DNA of 64,000 bases. Origin: Paragordius varius. Its lineage: Eukaryota; Animalia; Nematomorpha. Position numbers and translations under genes: made by a program. Under the pieces are notes generated by a model. The model saw nothing but the letters and a program-made list of their open reading frames with translations. It searched no databases and was not told the origin of the DNA. Location of the stretch: contig OZ176054.1 of assembly GCA_964247055.1 (NCBI GenBank), positions 11,904,001-11,968,000 of the forward strand, in the 5' to 3' direction. Positions 14,789 to 26,300 of this stretch are shown piece by piece (the stretch's first letter is position 1; each line of letters begins with the position of its first letter).

Positions 14789-15310
14789 TATATTTAAAAG
14801 AAAATAAATTCTTTTATGTATATGGAATTGTATATATTCTTATTGTCTAAAAAGGTAATATTATAAGATAGCTCAATCCATTTATATAAGCTGCCCTGAT
14901 CAATTAAATATAAATTTTTAAACTATCTAAATTAGATAATTTATGGTAAACACCTGATTTTTTACTTGAAACAATTACTGTCAAGGGAAAAAAAATTAAA
15001 ATTAATTAGGAATACACCAATGTCAAAAATATAATTGTCCGTATTTGTGTGGCTTATAAAGACCTATAATTACCATCATTTCGTATATTAGAGCTTAAAT
15101 AATAAAATTTGAGATGTTCATTTTTTATTGTTATGATTTATGACAGATATATATAATGTTAAAGTCGCTAAATATAAAAAAGGAGTACTAATGAAATATA
15201 TCTAAAAAGTGTATTTGTCTAAATATATGTGTACTAATTTGCATCATGAGATTTGACTATAAATATGTGATATTAAACAGTCCATGTTTGCAAAGTTTTT
15301 GTAAAAAAAT

Positions 15311-15346
<36 letters not shown>

Positions 15347-15525
15347 GGGGTGCATTGCGAAAAAACGAGAATATTGTCATATGAATATTTTACAAAAAAT
15401 GAAAAAGTATAATACTTATTACTAAATTAACTACATATATATATACATATCAATTGATTCCATTTTCAAATTAAAACCTTGATGAAATGAATATTTAACA
15501 TAAATACAAAAAGGTTGTTGCTTAT

Positions 15526-18500
15526 TTAATCTTGGCAAGAAATGTTTCGGAATAAGTGTGACATACTCTCTTGATAATGTATACGACGTATGGCTTCTGA
15601 TAGCAAAAAACTTATATCTATAGTTTCTATCTTGTCACAATCCAACTTTTGAGCGTCCTGAGGTACTGTATTAGTTACTATAATCTATATACATTTTTTA
15701 CATATAAATAAATGATAGCGATAATTACCAATTACATTTTCGACACGTGTATATTTTTAATGATATAAATCCTATTAACTACTTTAGTTTTCCCTCTTTT
15801 GATGAAACGTATAATTTTTAAAAAAAGTTAACATTTGTGGCCTTTATGTTGTTTTGGGAATTTTTCATAGTCAATCAAAAAATTGGGAAATAATTAAATT
15901 TGGAAAGTAAAATCAGAATCATTAAACCAATGAAACCTGATTTTCGATAATTATAGCAAAAAAATGGAAATGGGAAGTTTTTTTAACAAAAATATTCGTT
16001 GAAACTGGAATCAGAAATAAAACTCTAGCAAAAAAGCTAGTAAATACCTTAAAGATAAATAATTAGGAAAAAGTTTACCATTTGTAGGTGAAAAAAAACA
16101 TTTTTTTCAGATAAACGCAAACATTTCTTAAGCAAAAACAAAATGAAAAAATGTTGCGTTTGGTTGTTGAAAAATTGTTTTGATTTTGACTGATAAATGG
16201 TATATTATAAACATAAACTACCTGGTCAATACATGCATTTTGAAAACTAAGCGCTGATGTCCCTGAAAATAAACCATGAGTTGCCATCAAATAGACTTTT
16301 TTAGCACCACGTTCTTTGAGTATTTCAGCAGCTTGGATATAGGAATCAGCCTCATCAATTATATCATCCTATATAACATTTTAAGATTTTATTTAAAATA
16401 TATACCGTTTGCACTTCAAGAGTGTCCTTGAACAGTTCAAGTTGGTCCTTTGACTTTTTTGTTTTGTTTTTGACTTTTATCAATCAAATAGTGAATAATT
16501 CATATATTTTATTGTTTTTAACCTATTTTCTATTATTTAACATAAATTTTAAATCGATATCAACTTTTAATCTTTGAGAAACCGTATATCTTTTTTAATT
16601 TCTTAAAATAATTTTAAATAATTATAAGATTTTAACACGAAATGAACAAATATATAAGTTTCCTGAGTTATTAATTAAAATTGTTCATTAATAACATTTA
16701 AAAGTCAATAATTTTGTTCAAATGAAAAAAAATAGTTTGAAACAAAAAAGTGGTTTTTCAATAATTTTTTTTTAAATAAATAAATAGATAATAAATAAAG
16801 AAAAATAGGTTAATAAATAATAAAATAAAAAAATAAATGCAAAAATTATGGTTAAATCAAAATCTATATATTTTAAGGATCAACTTGAATTGTTCAAGGA
16901 CACTCTTGAAGTGTGAATGGCATAATCAACATGTATGTATGTACCTTTCTGATCTTAAAATAAAATCTCCTAATTTGCAAATTATTACCATACAAGATGA
17001 GGATTTCCCAAAATCTTTTAATTATAAATAATTGGTAAAAAGCACAAGTTAAAACTGTTTATTACAAAAACCATAAACAAAAAGATTAATTTTTTTATTA
17101 TAGATTTTCCCCATTACCGGGGTTGTTATAGAGGGAAGGGGGGGGGGGTTTATTTCGTTAGAAAATATTTTAAAAATTATACCACTAATATGGCAATTTT
17201 TCCATTAACATCCCCGACAACGTTTAAGAGTGGCTTTTCTTTTGGCGTGTTTACTATGTAAATGGATAAAATTAAAATTATTTAAAATTATAAAAACAAA
17301 GAATGTCATTTCATAATTTAAGATTCAATACACCTATTTAAATTTATATTTGAAATAAAAAATGGCTATATGCGTAAGGCTTATTGCTTTTAATTTTTTT
17401 TTGGTTTATTATTAACCAGTTTAAAAATTTATTATATATATTTAACTAAAAACCATAATTTTGATCGATTATATTTCTTGCTACTTAAATGCGCGCATAA
17501 CCAATTTTTATGCTTAAAATTTTCAAAGAAAAACACAAAGTATAAAATAAAAATTGAAACTATCTGTGTATTCTTATCTACTTGGATAAAAGAAGCCAAA
17601 AATGTCAGATTTTGAGCCTTCGAACCTGGCTAAACTACATTCAGATGACACGGTAGTTAACAGAGAAGAACGGTTACGTTTCAATAATAAATTATTTTCA
17701 TTTTCGCAATCTATATATACATATACATTATCCATTAAATGTATGGGAAATTCTGAATATAGTTTAAACTTTAAAATAAATTTTACGAAAAAATAGATAT
17801 TATTATTATTATTAACATAATTATATTATTTCACCTCTTTCTTCGAAAAATTTAGAAAAATTGATATTTTATCCAAAATTTAATACAAAAGTTAAAAACG
17901 TTTTTTGCCTTCAAAGTATTTTATTTTCATAATAGAGTAAAAATTTTTTGAGTAGATATCTCATTAAATATTTTATCATTTTTATGTCGACCAATGTTAG
18001 TAAATCATGTTTTAAAATTTAATAAAAATGTGTTTTGGTACGGTGGCGTTTCCATAATTTAAAAACCAAAAAAAGTGATACAAAAAAACATATCCTTTAA
18101 TTAATTATAAATAATATATATATATATATATATATGTAAAATTAATTTTAATTTCTTTTTAGTAAACTATCAAACCCTGAATGATTGATTGTGGAACAGG
18201 GCTATCCAGATAAAACGAAGCTGATTTATCGACTGTAATATTATGAGAATTGGAATTGGAATTAAGATTGGAAAGTTCATTTTTTAGCACCACAGCAGAA
18301 TTAAATTTTTCCTGATTACTATTATTGGCTATCAAACCATTACCAATAATGGGTTGATGATCTATGATATCATAATTATTTGTATCATCTAATTTTGTGG
18401 TAGTTTCAACGTTTGAAAGCTTAGCTTTAAGCGTCGTTGAGTCTAACATATAGGGTTTACTTCCACTCAAACTACTTTTGCGTTTAGATTTTGAACCATT

Positions 18501-19063
18501 TTCTATAAAAAATATAGAGCAATAATACAAATTGGTATTTAAGTAAAAATATAATATAGTATTAAAACTACAATTTGTATCTGTATCATATGATCACTTA
18601 CCTCCCTGAATATATAAAATTTTCTACTGGTTTTTTTATAGATATATAGATTAAAAAAGACATCGTTGGACAAATAATAAAATTTTAGGCTTCAAAATGT
18701 AACATACACAGTGTAATTATACAAAAAAATGCGTTTAATCTAATTCCTTAAAAAATTTTTTAAAATATTTATTTGATTTTGATTGAATGTAATCCTTTTA
18801 CGACAAAAACCAAAAATATAGAAAACTGGTTACATGACATTGTTGTATTAATTAATCACCTCTAGAGGATATATTGTCATCGAGAACAGCTGATTTCACA
18901 ATTTTAGATGCTTGGTCGGCCTCATCATCATTAAAGTAAATGTCATTGATATAATCTTCATAATTTTTATCAGGGCTTTGCGATTCAGAAATTTCTGGAT
19001 TCAAATGCGTATTATTCATTGTGGAACCTAATAAAATTATGAAAATTAGTATAAATTTTCTAC

Positions 19064-19103
<40 letters not shown>

Positions 19104-20653
19104 ATTTACAGTTCAAATTCACCCTAAATTATGTGTTATTATAACTCATTATTAATACGAAATATATCTTTATGGCATAGTTTAATATTTTTTCCGTATT
19201 ATATTAATTGAAAACAAAATATATAAAATATAGGTAATTAATGTTAAAAAACATATGTTTTATATGAATGTGATTTTGAATGGTTCAAGAGTGAATTTAA
19301 ATTGTTTAAGGGTGAATTTGAATTGTAAATGGTATATGTTAATTAATTTAATATGTGTTTTTTTAAATTCAATATATTTTAGGGTGTTTAAATACCATCA
19401 TAATTCTGATCAATTATAAAAATTCAATTGTCGATAAAATTTATTTATATTTAACACATACTTACCTGCACTTGCATACAATATAATTTAAAAACTGATT
19501 ATTTTAAAACATAAAAAAAAACATTTTAAAATTCCGTTTTTGATTATTGGTAAATAATTTTTTAGTGAAATTAATTACCACGATGAACATTCGTAGTTTC
19601 TGACGCGGTATGTTTCATATCGTTTCCAATATTCTATAAAGATTAGATATATTAGATAGATTACACAACTAAAAATCAGACTTATAACTTTAATTTTTTA
19701 TTAATTTCTAATAATATTAAAAAAATTTAAAACAATTATACCTTTCGAAGTGCCGAAATTTTGTCAAAGTTTTCAGATTTGCTATTCTCAATTGATTCAT
19801 TCATGATTGGATTACTATTCTGTAAATCTTTTTTAACGGATTTTTCAGGTGAAAACAGCGATTGTTTCGCCGGTGAGTTTTTGGAACTTTTAGATGTTAC
19901 AAATGAAAAGGGTGGTGTAGGGGGTGGGGACTGTCGCCTATAAAATTTAGAGTAAAAATTATAGAAAAAGGCAGTAAAAAATTTTTTTTATTTAGAAGAC
20001 CATGTTTTTTTAAGCCTCTTGATTTACTAAGGGAAATATACTCTGGTTTTGGGGGGTAGCAAGCGAAACATAGGGATAGAAATGGAAATTGGTAACACAC
20101 GCCCTTGAACAATTTTAGATTGCACATTGTTATTTATATCATATAGGTTATGTAAAAAAGTCAATGGTTTTAGAAAATACCATTCATTGTTTTATTTAAA
20201 AATACTTATCATTTTAATTCATTTACTGTAAATAATTATATATTATTTCTATATACATTAGCTACAAAAATGGCGATATAAAAATAGTCTTTTGGGGGTA
20301 AATTTCCATCCCACAAATTCTTTTAGTGATAAAATAAAATAATTAAATGAGTCCTTTTTGAAATTTGCATAATAAAATGCACAGGTGATTTAAAAAATTG
20401 GTATTTAAAAAATGAAAAAATGGAAGCTAATTGATTGAGTTATTGCCTTTTAATATTTCCATAAAATACATTTATTAATAGGCCTATACTAAGCACATTT
20501 ATATGTATCTAGTCCATAATTAGATTTTTTTGAATTAAAAAACCTGCATAGATGAATATTTACATACTCTACCAAAATAATAATTTATTCTAACAAAACT
20601 TTGATAATAAGAAAGAGATACCCTTTAATACTTAATAAAAAAAGGCGCCAAAG

Positions 20654-20695
<42 letters not shown>

Positions 20696-23276
20696 CCATT
20701 TAGAGTTCAAATTCATCTTTAAACAATTCAAATTCACCCTTGAACAATTCAACACCCTTGAACAATTCAAAACCCTTAAACACGTTCACCTTCAAATAAA
20801 ATATATGTTTTTAACATTGAAAAATACCCATATTTTTATATATTATATAAAAAATAAAAATTTTGTTTTAAATGAAAGTAATCTGAAAAATATGCCATAA
20901 GAATATAGGTTCAGGGGTAAATTTGAATTATTTTAGGGGGTGAATTTGAATTGTAAATGGTATATATATTTTATTTTTTATTGGCAAAATTAAAACCCAT
21001 CGATATCGTCTTCATCAACGTTCCGAGCTTCGCCATGAATCACAGCAAGAGTTAACTTACAGCGTTCAGCATAACTTTGGGCTCGGCGAGCTCCGGCTGG
21101 GTTTTTGGCCACTATAACGGCGTTTTTATAATCTGGAATCTATAAAATACATGTATAATAAGCAAAGAATCCATTGAAAAAGATACTACCATGTATCGAA
21201 AATTTTGGATATAATTTAATAAATTTTACGAGAAATCAAATTATAATAAGCAACGAGTAAAATATATAATTGATTTTAAAACAAAAGCTAATAAATGTAA
21301 AAATCAATGGTACTTAAACTGCGCGACCCGCTAAAAATGCTTTTTTGTTGTCCTAAATTATTTAATCATTTTTTGATGCATCTTTTTTTGCGTAATATTA
21401 TTTGCAAATGTGTCAAACAGCTATGAAATTTTAATTTATATGGTTCAAGGCTCTTGAAGCAAGATAAATATTTTTTTGCGACCCTTTAAATTTTTTTGGG
21501 GTGAGTACTACTAATATAAATGCTGAAATTTGGCTATCGTGAAAAAATTTGATAAAACATTATATAGCTCTATCCATATAAAAAAACAAGCAGGCACTTA
21601 TACAATAAAAAACAATTCAATATACTTACATAAATTAGTTGATAACTTTAAACGTTAATTAATTGACTAGCATATAACTAAAGAATCAGAAATTGGTAAT
21701 CGCATATAAATATATGATAAAAAACAACTTGTTAAATATACCAAAAAAAGTAAAATTTTAAAATATTTATTCAAAGATAAAATTAAAAACCGATGTCGTA
21801 ATATAATGTATGAGGAATGGGGAAGCACGTAAATTATCGATTGGGAAATCGAAAAAACCCTGAATTTCCTTTTGATGCAAATCGATGGTAATGGCATGCG
21901 TCATGCCTAAAAAATATTAAAATTTATTAAGGGATTAAAATTAAAAACATTTTTGTAGTGTAAAATTTAACTCCAAAGGTTTATAAACCGTATATTGTTA
22001 TGAGATATTTTAAAATCTAAAATATTTTGTGAAAACGGCTTAAAAGAACATTTTTTTTAAATTGTTTTTTTAAATATTCTTTGTATTTTTGTGATTAAGC
22101 CTTATTTTGTTTTGACTATTTTATTTCAGAGAGTTTTTTTATCTTTTTTTTTGAAAAATATAGCATATGGCACATATTATATTTGAATGATAAGCTAGGA
22201 TTATGTTTAAAAAATAGGAACAACCAAATTTAAAACCATGCAACAAATTTAACCGAAACAAAAATGACAAAAAATGACTTGGACTTATAATATTTAATAT
22301 ATATATTTATAAATTTTTAATAATTTTAAAAAATTTTCTGATAATTAGATTGAAAAAAAAATACCAGCTTTTGCCAACATTTGAGCCAATAATTTAGAAA
22401 CTATGCATCCGCGTTTTCGCATTTTACTTTGTTTGCAATAGGGTAGATAAGGTATAACTCCGACAATTTGTCGCGCTGATGATGTCTTACAAGCATAAGT
22501 TAATATTAACAAGTCCATAATACTGTTATTAACACTTCTAGAAAAAGATGATATAGGATATTTATTTTTGATTTGAACCTTAATATAAATGTAAAACGTA
22601 ATAGTTTCGAACAAGAAAATATTAATAAATATTTTATTTAATAAAATTTAAATTTTCGGTGACAATACAACCTTATTCAAGATCGCATAATTTTAAAAAA
22701 TTAAAATGAGTATTGTAAAAGTATTTATACATAAATACCCATAAACACTATAAACAGAATTTGAGCGAAGAAAGATAGATACATCATATTTTAGATTTGA
22801 GCGTGATAAATGCAAAACATAATAGTTTCAAACCATAAAAAAATATTTATCTTGAAATTAATAATCCCATGAATAATAAATTAAATATTGGCTAAAATTC
22901 TGATAAAAATTTAATAAACTTTATGAGGGATAATATATATATATATATATAAATATACTTTTCAATAGTGTGAAGAATAAAAACATCTCGCCCCCTTACA
23001 GAATCACCAATATCAACCACAGTCTCTGCATAACATACATAAATTAAAAAATATTTATTAACTATTGCAAATTAAATATTTTTGGGAGAAAATATGAACA
23101 TCAATATTAATAATTTTAAGAAAAAACCTTTATTTGGCATTTGGACAACGATACAATTTCCAGGTTTTATACCCAAACGACTATAGATTTTATTAATAAA
23201 GTTACTTGCAAACTAGTTTAACTAACTCGGAATCTACACTGCTTCCATTTAGAAGAACCAATTCTCGGATTTCCAT
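15526..23276 (-). CDS. PRPSAP: Phosphoribosyl pyrophosphate synthetase-associated protein (non-catalytic PRPS paralog), about 624 aa. Exons: 23206-23276, 23128-23180, 22959-23025, 22365-22537, 21791-21906, 20997-21139, 19742-19937, 19579-19633, 18860-19027, 18176-18502, 17582-17710, 17183-17253, 16222-16368, 15526-15684
   Basis: PRPSAP-type motifs [74 protein letters not shown] and EAIRRIH..ESM..LFRNI. The exons sum to 1875 nt in one frame. The insertion exons rest on phase continuity only. Confidence 0.92.
16405..16920. mobile_element. MITE with ~47-bp TIR in a PRPSAP intron
   Basis: TA-CCGTTTGCACTTCAAGAGTGTCCTTGAACAGTTCAAGTTGGTCCTT at the left end is mirrored by AAGGATCAACTTGAATTGTTCAAGGACACTCTTGAAGTGTGAATGG at the right. 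A related copy forms the core of the 30.0-31.4 kb element. Confidence 0.8.
19102..19332. mobile_element. MITE family A (CCATTTACA...TGTAAATGG ends, TA flanks), copy 1
   Basis: TIR built from AATTCAAATTCACCC(TTGAAC) units. It follows a (TA)n run. Confidence 0.85.
20696..20960. mobile_element. MITE family A, copy 2
   Basis: TA-CCATTTAGAGTTCAAATTC ... GAATTTGAATTGTAAATGG-TA, next to a (TA)n run. Confidence 0.85.
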
Positions 23277-23368
23277 ATCTCATTTGATGATATCCAACAT
23301 AAAAGATTACCCTTTAAGGTTAACCATATCATGCGGATTTAAATAGCCTGGAATACCAGATTAATCAG

Positions 23369-26300
23369 ATGTATATCCAAATTATCCTTTCATTTTTCAT
23401 TGGTTTTATAACTTTATTGGCATATATTTACAAAAATCTTATAACCGTTTCGCTTGATAACAAATATATTGGTAATCTTACGGATCTCTTAAGTATTTTT
23501 TGTCAAGGTGTAATTTGTTTTAGATTTAAACTGGAAAAATGTCTTTGAAAGGTTCTCCAAAGCCTTACAATTCAAAACTGTGTCAAGATCCATTGGGGAT
23601 GTTAATGAAAATGATTTATCAAATTTCATAACTTTTATTAAAACAAGTTTTGCTTCCTATCCAATATAAATTAGATTATCCAAGTATTATCAAATGTCCT
23701 TGGGTACACTTTAAAGTTATAGATGACTTAAGTCTATTACTAGTTTGTGATCCCATTTCCTATTATCAATCCGAAATTATTCCCAAAAATAAAATTTTTA
23801 ATGGGCAGAAACCGTGGATTCTTATGGCCCATTTGGATGTTGTCCCAGTTGATGAAAATGATATGACTAAATGGAAATATCCCCCTTTTTCTGGACATTG
23901 TGAATCATTTGAACATGTAACAAATAAAAAAATAACAGGTAGATTGAGGTTGATTAATTGATTGATTTATCTCAAAGAGAGCGCAAATTTAGCGTTATTT
24001 AAAATTTTGTTAATATGTATATAAAATATTTCCTATAACAAAATCTGTGATTTAAACCATCTTTTAATCGCTTTAAAACCAAATAAAATCAGTTTTTTGA
24101 AAATATTATTAACTCCTTATCAAAGATGTCTTTTAGCAAAATTTTTTTGATAGTTTTGGGACGGTAACATTATTTAAATATAATAAGTTATTATCTATAT
24201 TAAAATCTCAATATTATTTACAAGTTTTTATTATGGTATAAGTCGTTGTTATTGTTAATTTAAAATCCTAATTGACTTTAAATGTTCAAAGTACCTTAAA
24301 TTTATTATTAATTATTCTTCATCAATCTGACTTAAAGTGATCAAAATATTCTTAAATTAAATTAAATTTATCCATCAAATTAAATCCATTAGATATCAAA
24401 GAATTGGAAAGCTTACCGTATATATATGGACGTGGTACGCTAGATGTTAAACATGTCGTCATGTCGGTATTTGAAGCCTTGGAACATATCATTGAAACAT
24501 TCAATGAACAGGATTTTATTAGTCAATATGCTAAAAATATTAAAGGTAGTTTAATAATTTAAATTTTTTTTTAAAATTTTTAATTAAAAGAGCTATTTAA
24601 CTCTTAATTATGAGAGGTGTGTTTTTAGCTATATTAATGGCAGAATAAAAAATTTAAATTTTTTTTAACAAGTCAAAGTAGTGTAATTGTTTGACTTTAG
24701 TGAGATTGTATACCATTAATTCGAATTCACCCTAAAACAAATCAAATTCCTCGAAAAATTCAATTCACCCTAAAATAATTACGTGTTTTTTAAGATTAAA
24801 TTTTTTATATTTTTGAAATATACAAATTATGTTTTAAATTTAAATAATACTAATAATAAACTATGCCATAAAGATATATTTTATATTAATAATGAGTTAT
24901 GTTAGTTCGAAAACACAATTTATTTTTAAAATGAATTTGAATTGTTCAAAAGGGAATTTGAATTGTTCAAGGGTGAATTGATTTGAATTGTAAATAAATT
25001 TATTATTAACACACCTTAATTTTTAACAAACCTTAATTTTGATTTTAATATATGTCTTAGCTCTAATTTATATCTTAACTCATATAATTGCAATAAATCT
25101 GGTTTTTAAGATGTTTTATTTTATCAAATTAAAATTTTTAATTAACAGTTTTTAATAACTTTTTTTATGTAGAATTACCCCGGCCCTTATACATTATATT
25201 TGGGCATGATGAGGAGGTTGGTGGCTTAAATGGTGCCCTTAAAATTGCTGAAATGTTGAAACAAGAAATGGTATTACTCACAAATAATTTTTGTTTAGTA
25301 AATTTAATTATTATTTTTAAAAAAATAAAAATCATTTTCACATTTTAAATCAACACCTAAGTATTAAAACATGTAATTTTTGTGTTTTTTAGCTAAATTA
25401 TATATTTATTTTTGGCATAGATATTAATTAGTCTATTATTCAGCGCAGAAACATTTAATTTGCATGTTGAGATGTGAAACTAAAATATTGAATATATTAA
25501 ACTTTAAAAACCCTGAATTTTAACATTAATTAGTATTATTTTCATAATTTTTTAACCGATACGACGCAGTAAAAATCACTTAAAAATTTTTTTAACAAAA
25601 TAATTATATTATTTCAAACTATCATTCATCTTAGGTAATTAATGACAAGTCAGAAAAACCATTTGCTTTCATATTGGACGAAGGGACACAAATATTTGCC
25701 GATTTGCCTATAAAAGCTCAATCGGATGGAAGTCCGCGTCCAGTTGCTTTGTAAAAAATTTTTTTAGTTTTTAAAACAACTTTTTTATCAGATAAATTTT
25801 GTGTTTAATATAAAATATTTACTTTTTTTTCAATGAGAAATATTACACAATTATCTATAAAAAGGTTTTTTTTACTGAAAAATTTGTTAAAAATAAAATA
25901 TGCTTTAAAGGGTTTTTAATTTTAATTTGACTTTTTCGCATACTAAAAATTATTTTTTTTATGAAATGCTTAACAGATTGAAAAGTATATTTGTCGCAAA
26001 ATGGGGTTAAAAAATGATGATAATTAAACACTATAATCTCCACACAAAATAACTTCTTTTTTAGGTATAATAATTATTTTATAGTATGAAAACAGACAAA
26101 ACGTAAAAAAACTAAAACACAAATATTTTTTATAAAAAAATATTCCATTTTAAAACTGAAATACCGATATAACTAGGAATTAATATATGATTGACAATAT
26201 ACCTATTATTCTTTATTTTTTACAACACCATACTATGAATTATATTTAGAAAAATCAAGGTTCAAAATGATATGGTTGTCTTTTTTTAAAAATATTTTTG

